A DNA stretch of 64,000 nucleotides, from the IMG/VR virus record IMGVR_UViG_3300028388_001983, positions 1 through 64,000 of that record, one strand, 5' to 3'. This document shows positions 48,761 to 59,469 of the stretch, one piece after another. A model generated the notes under the pieces. That model did not search any database and was not told where the DNA came from. It saw only the letters and a program-made list of their open reading frames with translations. Numbering within the stretch: position 1 is the first letter of the stretch; every line of letters begins with the position of its first letter. The stretch comes from a virus. The position numbers were made by a program, and so were the translations under genes.

Positions 48761-51115
48761 TTATTTACTAGTAGACTTTTTCTCCTGAGCTTTATTATGT
48801 CTCCTAGTTTCTTCTAATTGATCTCTTTTAAGGTCTAGTTCCCTTTTCTGAGCTTCAATATCTTCTTCAAGCTTACGTCTTTCAAGTTCAAGCTTCTCAT
48901 CATCTATATCAGAGTCTTGTTTCATAGCCTCAACATCTAACTTAGTTAAACGTTCTAAATCAGCTTTATATCTTTCAAGGTCTAATTTAGCTTGTTCTAA
49001 TTGCATTTCAGCTTGTCTAATACTTTGTTCAGCTTTCATTTGCTCCTTAGCTTGAGCTTCTTGACGTTTTTGTATCTCTTCTTCATAAGTTTCAAACTTC
49101 CTCTGTAATGATGCTGGGTCTTTAGTTCTAAATAAATCCATAATCATTGAGAATGTACCACCATTCTGCATGAACGGTTGAGTAAGAGATTGTAAGTGTT
49201 GCATCATTTCTTGATCAGAAGAGGCAGTACTTATATAAATACCATATTCAGCTTCAATAAATTTATCATAATCAAAATCTAATACAGCTTGAGAACCATC
49301 ATCTAATATATAAGACCTCTTAAATTTTTGATCTTTCCATGCAACTTTACAAGTTTCAATCCAAGCTTCAAGAGCTTTTAATTTAACATTATCATGAATA
49401 CCGAACCACTTTTCTGTAATATGAGAAGATTTATTGACTGCCATCTGTACTCCACCTAAAGTTTCTCTATTATCTACAGCTCCTTTACGTTGAGGTGTTA
49501 TACCAGTTATATTATCAATTCTATTAGAAAGAAATTCTAATATCATAAATTGTTGTTGTATAAATCTACCCTGTTCAAGATCAAAGGTATTTTGTTGTTG
49601 TTGCATACCACCAGATAGTTTACCAAGCGCAGCACCTTTATTACCTTCATTAAATGGATCATGGATTGCCCAACCTGTCATTTCTGCATAGTATAACCAT
49701 TTATCTATAGACCAGCCTTCAGGTATCATACTAAGATCGAGCCTACCAATTTTACCTTTATCTTTAGCAGCAGCTTGTTCCATCCTATGCATAATAGCAT
49801 TGTATAAATATTGATAATTTTTACCAATATCCATAATACTTCTACCTTGTTCTTTACCAACATTATTTACTATACCTACTACACCAGGCTTACAATCAGA
49901 AATGTTTTCCATTTTTCTAAATTGTATCTCTCTTGGTTGCATTTTAACATAAATATCATCAGCAATTCTAGTAGCCTCATACCATTCAGAAATCCATTTA
50001 TATTCAACAGTTTGTCCTAATGATTCATCTGGTTCAATAGTGTCTGGAACTACTATTTTTTGTAAGTCTCCATCTTCATCAAAATATTCTATAATACCTA
50101 CTCTACGCATACCTTTCCACAAAGTTCTAGTAACTCTTACATTACCATCTTCATCAAAAGTACCACCAAAAGCAAAAGTATCATTCTTGTTAGCTTTATG
50201 TATAATATTACCAATTCCTTCTTGAGCTATATAATCTTCATAATCATGCCCATGAGTTAATTGGTTTTTCATAAACCCTTTAGCTGATTTCCAAGTATTA
50301 ATTCCTTCTTCAAGTTTTTTAATATCAGAATCTTTTAAGAACTCATGATAAGAATCTATAATTTTACCAATTGGCATATAGATATCTTCTATAATTATAT
50401 CTGAATCTTCTATACGATTAGAATGACCAGACCTAATAGTAATTATGTCTACTGGATGTGCTTTCCTAAGAATTGGTTCACCAGCTACAATATCAGCTAC
50501 ATATATCTCTTCTCCTGCAATAACTAAATCCTCGAATCCGCTACTAAATACTTCTTTAAGATTCAAAGTTCTATATCCATATTCCATCATTTGAGAGACC
50601 ATACGTTCTCTACGATCTCTATAAGTATACTTCTGCCACTTATCAATCTCACGAATTCTGGACTCTAATTCTTCTTTAGACATAGTAGGATTAGTTACCT
50701 CAGAAATAGAAAATTCTCTAAGTCTTTCACTCTGAACTCTCATTTTCTCAGAGATAGCATCACTATTAATAACTGTTACAATCGGATTAAAATATCTTCT
50801 ACGTTCTTCTCCAATTAATACCATTATATTAGGATTCAATAATGGCATGTTTCTATAGTTATCTGGTAGTTTACCATACTCAATACCAAAAGGATTAACT
50901 ATTCTTTGGATTTCTTCAGTATCTACTATATCATTCCAAAGATTATAGTTAACTACTTTATTTTTCCTTGAAGCCCTAACACCAGTATCTCTGTCAAAAT
51001 TTACCATTGATGCTCCTACATCAGCACATTTCTTAAAAAATTCTTGACTTTTTTTGGAATCAGGAACTTTCTGAGCAGGAAAAGCGTTTGCTATATCACT
51101 ACTTATAAATTTCAT
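48761..51115 (-). CDS. Portal protein
   Basis: FPAQK, VLIGEE, FEDLVIAGEEIY, WISEWYE, YQYLYN, ITGITPQRKG and ETLGG. Confidence 0.92.
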   Translation of the reverse strand: MKFISSDIANAFPAQKVPDSKKSQEFFKKCADVGASMVNFDRDTGVRASRKNKVVNYNLWNDIVDTEEIQRIVNPFGIEYGKLPDNYRNMPLLNPNIMVLIGEERRRYFNPIVTVINSDAISEKMRVQSERLREFSISEVTNPTMSKEELESRIREIDKWQKYTYRDRRERMVSQMMEYGYRTLNLKEVFSSGFEDLVIAGEEIYVADIVAGEPILRKAHPVDIITIRSGHSNRIEDSDIIIEDIYMPIGKIIDSYHEFLKDSDIKKLEEGINTWKSAKGFMKNQLTHGHDYEDYIAQEGIGNIIHKANKNDTFAFGGTFDEDGNVRVTRTLWKGMRRVGIIEYFDEDGDLQKIVVPDTIEPDESLGQTVEYKWISEWYEATRIADDIYVKMQPREIQFRKMENISDCKPGVVGIVNNVGKEQGRSIMDIGKNYQYLYNAIMHRMEQAAAKDKGKIGRLDLSMIPEGWSIDKWLYYAEMTGWAIHDPFNEGNKGAALGKLSGGMQQQQNTFDLEQGRFIQQQFMILEFLSNRIDNITGITPQRKGAVDNRETLGGVQMAVNKSSHITEKWFGIHDNVKLKALEAWIETCKVAWKDQKFKRSYILDDGSQAVLDFDYDKFIEAEYGIYISTASSDQEMMQHLQSLTQPFMQNGGTFSMIMDLFRTKDPASLQRKFETYEEEIQKRQEAQAKEQMKAEQSIRQAEMQLEQAKLDLERYKADLERLTKLDVEAMKQDSDIDDEKLELERRKLEEDIEAQKRELDLKRDQLEETRRHNKAQEKKSTSK

Positions 51116-51126
51116 AAGTTATTATT

Positions 51127-54100
51127 TTAATTAAAATATAAATCTTTTAATTCTTCGTTTGCCCTAACACCTGTTCTCGCTCTTGATATTTTATGTCTAG
51201 AGAAAAATGGATCATCTGCTATACTTTTAGTTTTAGTAGACCTCTCTGTAACTTCATATTTGGCAAGCTCTAATCTAAGTATCATCACAAAGTTCATAGC
51301 AGATACACGGTCAAAGTTACCATCTGGATTCCATTTAATAGCTTCTTCTATATAACCTATTGACCTTATTTTATGTAGATTAAGTTTTTTAAGTTCTGAT
51401 TGGTTCTCCGCTTTAATTTTATCTCCTTCAGATAATTGTTCTTCTGGACTATTACTATATGCTGCAGAGAGCATCCATTTAGCTTGTTCTCTTCTACCGA
51501 GAGCATTTATTGGGTCTGTAGCATTTACTCCTTTTTGTTTATTTCCGTAAAGTCGTTCAGATTTGACCATATCCATATCTTTCAAAATCTGAGGAGTATC
51601 AGCCAACATATATAAAGCATTATGATTAGAAAAATAAGGAAATAGTCCCTTTTTATTATTCTCATATAATAGAAGGGCATTATAAAATTTACCTAATCTT
51701 AAGCATATATCATAAAACTCATTTGCCAATCTAGGTCTACCTGTATACTCAGCTACAATCTGGTCAGTAAATCTATCAAATATAAATATACTACCCAAAG
51801 AAGTTGTAGTAGAATCATCATCATCATAAGTATCAATACCACCTATATATCTTAAATAAGGTATACTACCATCGAAAGACTTAATAGGCATTTTAAATAT
51901 TTCAAGTCCACCCTTTTTATTAAGTTTATCTTTTAATGGATAATGTCTTATAGGAGTAATATCTGGATCAATTTTCCAATGAATGTCTCCATTATTATCT
52001 ATACCTAATCTACCAGTATAATGAGGAGATAAAAACTTATCTTCATTAACTCTAATATCTGCAAGATAATCCTTCAAATCTTCTGCTGGGAATAGATTAC
52101 CTTCTTTACGTAAGATAGCTTCTTGAGGAGTAATAGGACTTTCTGCTTTTTCTTGAGTAAGAGCGTTAGGATCAGAAGTACCATATTTAATAGTAATTCT
52201 CCTTTTAATAATTTGTAATAATGCTTTAATTACATCAGAATTACCATTTTTATCATAACATCTATGTCTATTCATATATTCTGGAGCAAAGAAAGCACAA
52301 TAACTATTACTACCAGTACCTTTATCATACACATTAGGAAGTTTTAATATGTTATAACCTTCAGGATTGTAGAACATTTCTTCTGCAGCCCTAAAATCTG
52401 CATCAGCAGTACCTCCAGTATTATGGGTAACAATACCGTTTCCTATATATGTATGAGTTTTACCAGCAGTTAAATTATAAATTGGTTTTATTCCAGTATA
52501 CTCTATATCTATAACTCTTTCAAATCTAAGACCTTTAATAGATTTAGACTCTTCTGATCTTTTATTAGAGTAATATTTATATAGGTTTTGTAAACTCTTC
52601 CTTTTATATTTTATTTTAGGATTTATATTTTCATAAAACCTATCTATACTAAACTTCTTACGAATTTCTAATCTAAAATAATTATTTTTATCTAAAGGAT
52701 TATTACTGTTAGAAACATCAATTTCATGTATATTAGAATGTATTCCTAATTTTTGTAATAATAATAACACTTCTAATAATAACTCTTTACAAGAACTACA
52801 TAAAGTTATTCTATTTTCACCATAATATCCATCAGCGTCAAAAAGACCCGCTAATAATTTAGTAACTGACTCTTTACTGAAACTATGAATATTATTAGGT
52901 AGACGTTTTTTATTTTTAGTCTGACCATAAATTCCTAACTCTCTTAAAGGTTTAGTAATTTCTTTAATTCTAATTTCCCTATAAATTCTATTATCTTTTG
53001 TAAGAGTTTCTTTCTCTACAACGATATTAAAGTTTTCTTTTAGGTATAAATACGTTTCTTCATCTGCTGAAGATAGTATAGGAGTTTTATTATAACCATA
53101 GCTACCATCTCCAATCAATAAACCTACTAAATAAGGATTCCAAAACTTCTTATCAGACCATATGTCTACTTTGTCTATTGTAGCAACTTGATCACCAATT
53201 TTTATTTCATCTGCTCTTTTAAAAATAGTTTTTTTAGTAAATAGTCTCTTATTATTTATCCTGGGCCTACTACCATAATTTTGTTTGCTCCATAAGATAG
53301 GATGATCAATACTACACTCAATACTTCTACCAGTATTAGTAGTAACCTTAATACATTCTTTTTTTGCAGGAGGTTGCCAATAAGTAATATTCTCTTCAGA
53401 AACTCCTACATTATTTTCATACCCTAAAATACCTTCCTCTTGTTTAATATCTTCTATATTTATTAATTCCCCTTTATTATTCCACACTTTATTTCCAGCA
53501 GTTAAACATCCCCAGGCTATCATTGTTCCGAAAGCATCATCACCATCTTGAACAGAAGGTTTAGCCACAGTCCAAGCATGTAAAAGTTCTGGAAATTTAC
53601 CCATCTCTTCCCATTTGAGTCTATTTCTAGGAAATGGAGTATGATCTGCACACCAATCGGAAACGTTTACAAACTTATTAAGAATACCATCTTTGATTAA
53701 AAACTCTTTCTCATTAGCAATATTAAATATAGTTTGATGTTTTCTAGATTCTACTGGTTCATGTCTATCACCTAGTATAAATACTTTAGCATCAATTGCT
53801 CCACCTTTATAAGAAAAACCTCTACCTCTTGTCTTTAGTATATTACAATGTTTTCCTGCAACTCCAGCCTGTTCTACATAATGAAAAAATAAATAATCTC
53901 CATCCCAAGGTTTAGGAAATTTTCTAACTTTAATTTCTTTACCAGTTGTAGGATGTTTTTCTGATAATAGTATAGGAGAATAGTTCCAATAGAAATAATT
54001 TAATCCAGTAATCCATTCTCCATCAGATTCTCTGACATAACCTTCTCTACATCTACGAGCCTCTTCTTCCCAAAATTTAGCATACTCAGACTGAGGATGA

Positions 54101-54387
54101 GAGTTTGGATGAAGATCAGTATATTTACCAGTTTTCTCGTGAGCAATTGCTGGTTGTCTAAAATAGTCTATATCTTCTAATATATGAGGATTAGTTATAT
54201 CAACCTTAACTCTACCTAAATTATCTTTTGGTAAATCTTTAGCATATAACCTATCTACAGATATTAAATTTTCAATAAGTTTAATATTGTCAACATACTC
54301 AAATAAAAGAGTTTTTTCTTCTTTAGAAAGACTCTTTAAGAGGTTTTCATCTATCTGTGTTTGATATTTATTAAAATTATATGCCAT
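51127..54387 (-). CDS. terL: Terminase large subunit with intein and an apparently shortened ATPase domain
   Basis: YFYWNY, KTRGRGFS Walker A-like, EE Walker B acids, nuclease GGIDTYD, VAEYTGRP, YENN and NFDRVSA. Confidence 0.92.
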   Translation of the reverse strand: MAYNFNKYQTQIDENLLKSLSKEEKTLLFEYVDNIKLIENLISVDRLYAKDLPKDNLGRVKVDITNPHILEDIDYFRQPAIAHEKTGKYTDLHPNSHPQSEYAKFWEEEARRCREGYVRESDGEWITGLNYFYWNYSPILLSEKHPTTGKEIKVRKFPKPWDGDYLFFHYVEQAGVAGKHCNILKTRGRGFSYKGGAIDAKVFILGDRHEPVESRKHQTIFNIANEKEFLIKDGILNKFVNVSDWCADHTPFPRNRLKWEEMGKFPELLHAWTVAKPSVQDGDDAFGTMIAWGCLTAGNKVWNNKGELINIEDIKQEEGILGYENNVGVSEENITYWQPPAKKECIKVTTNTGRSIECSIDHPILWSKQNYGSRPRINNKRLFTKKTIFKRADEIKIGDQVATIDKVDIWSDKKFWNPYLVGLLIGDGSYGYNKTPILSSADEETYLYLKENFNIVVEKETLTKDNRIYREIRIKEITKPLRELGIYGQTKNKKRLPNNIHSFSKESVTKLLAGLFDADGYYGENRITLCSSCKELLLEVLLLLQKLGIHSNIHEIDVSNSNNPLDKNNYFRLEIRKKFSIDRFYENINPKIKYKRKSLQNLYKYYSNKRSEESKSIKGLRFERVIDIEYTGIKPIYNLTAGKTHTYIGNGIVTHNTGGTADADFRAAEEMFYNPEGYNILKLPNVYDKGTGSNSYCAFFAPEYMNRHRCYDKNGNSDVIKALLQIIKRRITIKYGTSDPNALTQEKAESPITPQEAILRKEGNLFPAEDLKDYLADIRVNEDKFLSPHYTGRLGIDNNGDIHWKIDPDITPIRHYPLKDKLNKKGGLEIFKMPIKSFDGSIPYLRYIGGIDTYDDDDSTTTSLGSIFIFDRFTDQIVAEYTGRPRLANEFYDICLRLGKFYNALLLYENNKKGLFPYFSNHNALYMLADTPQILKDMDMVKSERLYGNKQKGVNATDPINALGRREQAKWMLSAAYSNSPEEQLSEGDKIKAENQSELKKLNLHKIRSIGYIEEAIKWNPDGNFDRVSAMNFVMILRLELAKYEVTERSTKTKSIADDPFFSRHKISRARTGVRANEELKDLYFN
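52420..53508 (-). mobile_element. Intein with LAGLIDADG homing endonuclease (363 aa)
   Basis: Begins CLTAGNKV and ends IVTHN before Thr+1; block B SIDHPI; LVGLLIGDG and LLAGLFDADG; inserted in the AWG|TGG motif. Confidence 0.93.
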
Positions 54388-54937
54388 CTTCAAAAGTACT
54401 CTTTGTCATGGAGCCTCTCATAGTAGACTCTTTTCTATCTTCTTTTTTAACTTGTTCAACTGTTTTTTCAAATGACTCTATAAGCGATGGTATTTGTTTA
54501 GCTACATCTACAATCTTTTTAAGATCATAAACATGTTTTATATTACCCTGAGCATCTCTATAAGTTTCATTCGGGTCTATATTACCTAACATAGTATTAA
54601 CCTTCTCTAATAAAGACATAGTATTCTTTAACATCTTTACTGAGATAGTATCACTACGATCCCGATAAAAGTTACGAGCCTCATTAACTTTATCGTCTGC
54701 CTTCCAATTATTAGGAAGATCAATAAGAGATAATATCTCTTTTGACCTTTCCTCCTCATCAATTATATCAAAGAAATCTGATCTATGATCATCCATATAC
54801 CAAATATAAGTTAACTCTTTGATAGCTTTCTCTTTATTCTTACTCTTGTCTCTTTGCCAAAGTACCTTAAAAGGAGCAAGTTCTAAAGCTTGAGGAGAAA
54901 AGGTCAATTTATGATTTTTTAATTCAAATAAGTTCAT
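54377..54937 (-). CDS. Conserved crAss-like protein upstream of terL (terminase small subunit candidate)
   Basis: MNLFEL...RDKSKNKEKA...MRGSMTKSTFED; position directly upstream of terL. Confidence 0.6.
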   Translation of the reverse strand: MNLFELKNHKLTFSPQALELAPFKVLWQRDKSKNKEKAIKELTYIWYMDDHRSDFFDIIDEEERSKEILSLIDLPNNWKADDKVNEARNFYRDRSDTISVKMLKNTMSLLEKVNTMLGNIDPNETYRDAQGNIKHVYDLKKIVDVAKQIPSLIESFEKTVEQVKKEDRKESTMRGSMTKSTFEDGI

Positions 54938-55155
54938 TCTTTAAACCTCTTCTTTATATAATCAGGAACATAAAACAATCCAAAATTAGGAATCCTTACT
55001 GACGGAAAATGCTGATTTTTAGTATCAAATTCCTCTTTCATAATCTTAGTCTGAAATATAAAAGCACTTTTTATAATTTCATCCACTTGATTCAGAGTTA
55101 ATCCATGTTCCTTAGCTATTTTCTTTCTTATATCTTTTGTTCTCTCACTAATCAT
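54934..55155 (-). CDS. HU/IHF-like DNA-binding protein
   Basis: KIAKEHGL...V..II...VRIPNFGLF. Confidence 0.7.
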   Translation of the reverse strand: MISERTKDIRKKIAKEHGLTLNQVDEIIKSAFIFQTKIMKEEFDTKNQHFPSVRIPNFGLFYVPDYIKKRFKE

Positions 55156-56099
55156 TATCTTGCTATAGAAGCCATTAAGTTTTTCTTATGTTCTTTACTT
55201 AATCCAGACTGACGTACTCTACCTACAGAACCACACTCTTTACATCTAAACGTATTATACCTACCTACCATAGTAGAATAATATCCTTCCCAAGATAAAT
55301 CTGTATTCAAACATACAGGACATGTAGGCTCAGTAGTTTCTACATATAGTGATAAATTAGGATGAGATGGAATCCAACTTCTAATTTTAAGATATGCCTC
55401 TTCAAGAAGAGTAACATCCCTTTTATTATAAATTTCCATCTCTTCTAAAGTATCATCATCTCCTTTAGTAGCAGCTCTCCAAAATTCCATACCACCAGTT
55501 TCTATTTTACCTCCAAGTCCAAGTATTTTACAAATATAATCAAGTTTATTATAAGTAAAAGCAAATTGTCTCTTTGATACATCTAAAGTATCTATAACTT
55601 GATATGGTAAAGGTCTTGGCAAACCGTGTAACAGAAATTTAGTATTCATCTTTGGAATATCATACTTCTTACCATTATGAGCAATTACTACATCAGCCTG
55701 ATTTATCAATTCCCAAAGACTTCCTGTGATCCTTTTATCGTCTTGATTTAAAGCCTCTTCAGAAGTAAGCCTGTCTGAATAAATTTTATCATCCATTAAC
55801 CATTTAGCTGACCAAGTTAATATAAACCACTCTGTTTCCAATTGCTTTGGAGAAATATTCTCTTTCCATACTCTAAATACCCATCCTGATAATGGTGCTA
55901 CTTCTAAATCATATATAAGAACGTTTGGTAACTCTTTCCTTTTTTCTTGTTTATTTAATCCCCTCTTTCGTATCCTGTACTCCCTAATATATCTATGTAC
56001 ACTTTCATGGGTTAATCCTAATTCTTCTACAGTTCTATCTTCGCCATTATTATTATAAAAGTCAATGACTTCTGAAAGTCTTTTATCTGTTACTCTCAT
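55155..56099 (-). CDS. DEDD/RNase H-like 3'-5' exonuclease with N-terminal HTH and C-terminal Zn ribbon
   Basis: YDLEV, AHNGKKYD, IDTL, YNKRDV and CPVC...CKEC. Confidence 0.85.
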   Translation of the reverse strand: MRVTDKRLSEVIDFYNNNGEDRTVEELGLTHESVHRYIREYRIRKRGLNKQEKRKELPNVLIYDLEVAPLSGWVFRVWKENISPKQLETEWFILTWSAKWLMDDKIYSDRLTSEEALNQDDKRITGSLWELINQADVVIAHNGKKYDIPKMNTKFLLHGLPRPLPYQVIDTLDVSKRQFAFTYNKLDYICKILGLGGKIETGGMEFWRAATKGDDDTLEEMEIYNKRDVTLLEEAYLKIRSWIPSHPNLSLYVETTEPTCPVCLNTDLSWEGYYSTMVGRYNTFRCKECGSVGRVRQSGLSKEHKKNLMASIAR

Positions 56100-56311
56100 T
56101 TATTTAAATCTTGTTTAGAATAAAATTTTTCAACAGGGTCTTTTTTCGTAGCTTGGATGGTAACCTTGTATAAACCATCTACTTTCATAAATGATGCTTT
56201 AAAATTCATATTCAATTTTCTAATTGCATCATAATTAAATTTATAGTATTCAATCGCTTCTAAACGATCTTCAAACTCTCTACTTTCATCTATAAAATTA
56301 GTTTTTTCCAT
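56096..56311 (-). CDS. Hypothetical protein
   Basis: 71-aa ORF overlapping both neighbours. Confidence 0.6.
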   Translation of the reverse strand: MEKTNFIDESREFEDRLEAIEYYKFNYDAIRKLNMNFKASFMKVDGLYKVTIQATKKDPVEKFYSKQDLNK

Positions 56312-56657
56312 CTATAAAATTTATTATAATTTGTTCAGTATTAGGTAAAACCTTGTCTCTTACCAAACCTTTAGATTTTAAAAAACCTTTACGTTTTAAC
56401 GATGCCATAATATTATATACGTTATCAGTAGAAATATTTAACTTATCTGCTATCTCTACTCTAGTATCATAATCAAATATAAATCTATTTCTTTTATCCT
56501 CATTAAAATTTCTAAACTCATAATCATACATAAATAATTCAGATAAAACTTGTTTCTCTCTATTATTTAATAATGAGTATGGAGAAATAAAAGAAAATAA
56601 ATTCAACATAATTAGATACTTATTATTCTTCTCATTATGCGGAATATTTAACTTCAT
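56298..56657 (-). CDS. Winged-HTH DNA-binding protein
   Basis: LNNREKQVL...RVEIADKLNIS...VYNIMASLKRKG. Confidence 0.7.
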   Translation of the reverse strand: MKLNIPHNEKNNKYLIMLNLFSFISPYSLLNNREKQVLSELFMYDYEFRNFNEDKRNRFIFDYDTRVEIADKLNISTDNVYNIMASLKRKGFLKSKGLVRDKVLPNTEQIIINFIDGKN

Positions 56658-56913
56658 CTTGCTCTATTTTTTCTAACTCCTTTTTACTTAACACCCAAAA
56701 TAATTTTAACTGTAATTCAGTTAAATCATCTAAATATTCATAATCTACTAAAACTGTATCATGTATTTTTTTATAATATAATTCATCATTATTATTTCTA
56801 CAACACATAAAACAGTCTCCAGTTTCAGTATAAACTACATCACCTTCTACAGGTTTAATAACCATTTGTAAGGGATTAGAATTGCCTTTGTAAAACACCA
56901 TCATACTAATCAT
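56635..56913 (-). CDS. Hypothetical protein
   Basis: 92-aa ORF. Confidence 0.55.
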   Translation of the reverse strand: MISMMVFYKGNSNPLQMVIKPVEGDVVYTETGDCFMCCRNNNDELYYKKIHDTVLVDYEYLDDLTELQLKLFWVLSKKELEKIEQDEVKYSA

Positions 56914-56925
56914 AATTAATAAGTA

Positions 56926-59220
56926 TTATTGTACAGTATATTTTTCTAACTTAAAGTACTCTAAAATAAAGTTTTGAGTTCCATAACCTAATAAAAACTC
57001 TACAGTAGTTCCAGATGCCGTTGCTCTCGGCATTATATAAGTTTCTACTACAGTTGTAGAAGAAGTATTTAGATTATAAGTATAATTCCAACTATGATAA
57101 CCACTATATTTATGAGCTACTTGTGTTTTAGTACCACCATCAGTTTTCATAATATAAGTTACTTTATAAACATCACTTTGAGTAAGTTCAAAACTAGGAC
57201 TATTTAATCTAATATTTAACATATTATAATCACTAGTATTTATAGTAACTTTTAAATTTCCATTATCTACCGCTACACTAGCATCAGCAGTAGTACCATA
57301 TACATCTAAATCCCATTGTCCAACTGCTGCCCAAGTATTATACTCATAGATAGTTGTAGTATCATTATTATCTAAACTTGGATAACTATCATTTATAAGA
57401 TTAGTAGCCAATGGTTCATACCAACCAGATGTAGTAGCTGATCCATAATCTGGATTCATATAAGCTCCAAAATCTGTTCTATGATCCCAATAAGTCCAAG
57501 GAATATTATTATCGGCTAACCATGCTGATAACATAGTAGAATAATCTACTCTATTTGCAGAGTCTACAAATACCATAGTACCCCATTCTGTAATATTTAA
57601 AGGAACATCATGTTGTGACCTAAAGTCTAAAGCATCTTCCCAATCTTCTTCAAAAATATCATAGACAGGTTCAATTTTTGGAAATTCTGCTCCTGCATAA
57701 TCAGTTCCTCCGAAACTACCTTCATAAGGAGAATTTTGTACGGTCACCCACCAGGGATCATAATAATGAATAGTTAATGCCCACATAGTATCTGTAGGGT
57801 GTGGTTCAAAATTTCTAATACCAGAAATTTGTCCCCAGTCTATAGGCTCTACACAAATTAATCTCGATTGATCGTAAACTCTGATTGAGTCTAAACATCT
57901 ATGCCAAGTGGTATTCCAATAATTAGCACCTTCATCTCTAGGCTCATTAGCTAATTCAAACGCCATTTGCTCATTAGTATACTTACTTTCAAAATATTCT
58001 GCCATTTGTCCCCAGTGTGCAGCCAAACTATCTGCATCAGTTTGAGAATAATAATCTTCATGCCACCAATCAGGAGAAACATGATAATCAAAAATAACAA
58101 AAAGGCCATTATTAATACAAGAATCTATAATTTCACAAGCATTATCTAACGCTGCTTCTGGTAATGTTCTAGTAGTTAAACCAGTTTTCATTACTAGCCT
58201 GACACTTTCAAAACCTTTTTGAGCAATACTGTATATATATGCAGAATCTTTATAAGTTTGATTCATGTTCCAATTTCCATCACCATCTAAAACAATATTG
58301 CGAAGGTCTAAACCTTTTCCTATTAAAGCGTTTATAGATTCAGCAGTACCTTCAGCATAAGTTGTATCTGGTGGTACAGGAGGAGGATCACCTCCACCAC
58401 CTTCTCCATAGTATCTTATATAATCTTTAGCTATAGCATAATATGTACTATTTTTATATATGTTATAATTAGTACCATCTATAGATATAAAATTATAAAT
58501 GGTAGTAGTATCACTACTAGTAGTAGTAGTCCATAAATAAGAATATGTAGGACTTCCTGATTTATACAAAGTATCACTTATAGTTGTAGCATCTAAAGTT
58601 TCTTTAAATAGTGCCCAAGCATCAAGTCTACCATCTAATGAATAACTATCATTACCATTAGCCATAAATTGCCAATTTGCAGTAGAATGTGTCTCTGCAG
58701 TAGTTACATTATGAGTTGATACCGAAGTTCCATTAACATAAAATTTTACATTATCTGACCCAAGACTATTATCATAGGTTAACATAATATGAACCCATTC
58801 TCCAGTAGCAGCAGTAGTACTAGAACTTAAATAGTTTCCAAATACAGTATAAGCCCAATTATCTGAAGAATTAACATAAATTTCAAAATCACCATAATAT
58901 CTCCCAACTATTCTATGATCAGCATCTACATCATCTAAATAAACCCAACCACCTATACTAAAAGCATTTCCTGTAGAAATGGCTGATATTTCTATATAAT
59001 CACCTCCAGAACCATCTGTTTCTACATAATTACCTAAAATACCTCCAGTTCCTAAAACAGTTACAGTTCCAGAAGTTGTTCCAGAATGTCCATTACCAGA
59101 ACTATCTGCTAAACTTGAAGTTTCAAAATCCCATATTGCCTCAGCTCTATCCTGTAAAGCTTGAGAATGTAATCCCATTGAAACTATTAATAAAATTATA
59201 TTAAAAACTATTTTCTTCAT
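56926..59220 (-). CDS. Secreted LamG + GH5 glycoside hydrolase + CBM4/9-like protein
   Basis: Signal peptide MKKIVFNIILLIVSMGLHSQ; LamG WVHIMLTYD...FYVNG...GRLD; GH5 GFESVRL, FDYH, ELANEP (acid/base), HYY, ITEWG (nucleophile), WTYW; CBM-like C-terminus. Confidence 0.85.
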   Translation of the reverse strand: MKKIVFNIILLIVSMGLHSQALQDRAEAIWDFETSSLADSSGNGHSGTTSGTVTVLGTGGILGNYVETDGSGGDYIEISAISTGNAFSIGGWVYLDDVDADHRIVGRYYGDFEIYVNSSDNWAYTVFGNYLSSSTTAATGEWVHIMLTYDNSLGSDNVKFYVNGTSVSTHNVTTAETHSTANWQFMANGNDSYSLDGRLDAWALFKETLDATTISDTLYKSGSPTYSYLWTTTTSSDTTTIYNFISIDGTNYNIYKNSTYYAIAKDYIRYYGEGGGGDPPPVPPDTTYAEGTAESINALIGKGLDLRNIVLDGDGNWNMNQTYKDSAYIYSIAQKGFESVRLVMKTGLTTRTLPEAALDNACEIIDSCINNGLFVIFDYHVSPDWWHEDYYSQTDADSLAAHWGQMAEYFESKYTNEQMAFELANEPRDEGANYWNTTWHRCLDSIRVYDQSRLICVEPIDWGQISGIRNFEPHPTDTMWALTIHYYDPWWVTVQNSPYEGSFGGTDYAGAEFPKIEPVYDIFEEDWEDALDFRSQHDVPLNITEWGTMVFVDSANRVDYSTMLSAWLADNNIPWTYWDHRTDFGAYMNPDYGSATTSGWYEPLATNLINDSYPSLDNNDTTTIYEYNTWAAVGQWDLDVYGTTADASVAVDNGNLKVTINTSDYNMLNIRLNSPSFELTQSDVYKVTYIMKTDGGTKTQVAHKYSGYHSWNYTYNLNTSSTTVVETYIMPRATASGTTVEFLLGYGTQNFILEYFKLEKYTVQ

Positions 59221-59322
59221 ATTATTAATTTATTTAATCCCAATACCGCTACTACAATTCCAATGATTACTTCAATTTCCATGATTTACTTTTTTTTGGT
59301 TTAATTCCTACTCCCGGTGATT

Positions 59323-59469
59323 TCATTTGAATAATTTTTTATATTTCTTAATAACATTTTGCCTTATATTATTAACAGGATTCTTAAAAGTTACCCTGCC
59401 TTTAGAATCAACTTTACTTACTTGTCTAAACTTTTCTTTCTTTGGCTTTAATTGTTTTTCTTTTCTCAT
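59323..59469 (-). CDS. Small basic hypothetical protein (48 aa)
   Basis: MRKEKQLKPKKEKFRQVSKVDSKGRVTFKNPVNNIRQNVIKKYKKLFK*; ATGA overlap with the upstream gene. Confidence 0.5.
   Translation of the reverse strand: MRKEKQLKPKKEKFRQVSKVDSKGRVTFKNPVNNIRQNVIKKYKKLFK

Noticed and set aside
38527-58530. 24-nt identity AGTATCACTACTAGTAGTAGTAGT at ~38527 and ~58507
   Set aside because: Low-complexity (ACT)n coding for TTTTSSDT linkers in both proteins; explained by codon bias, not an att site or a DGR template/variable repeat.
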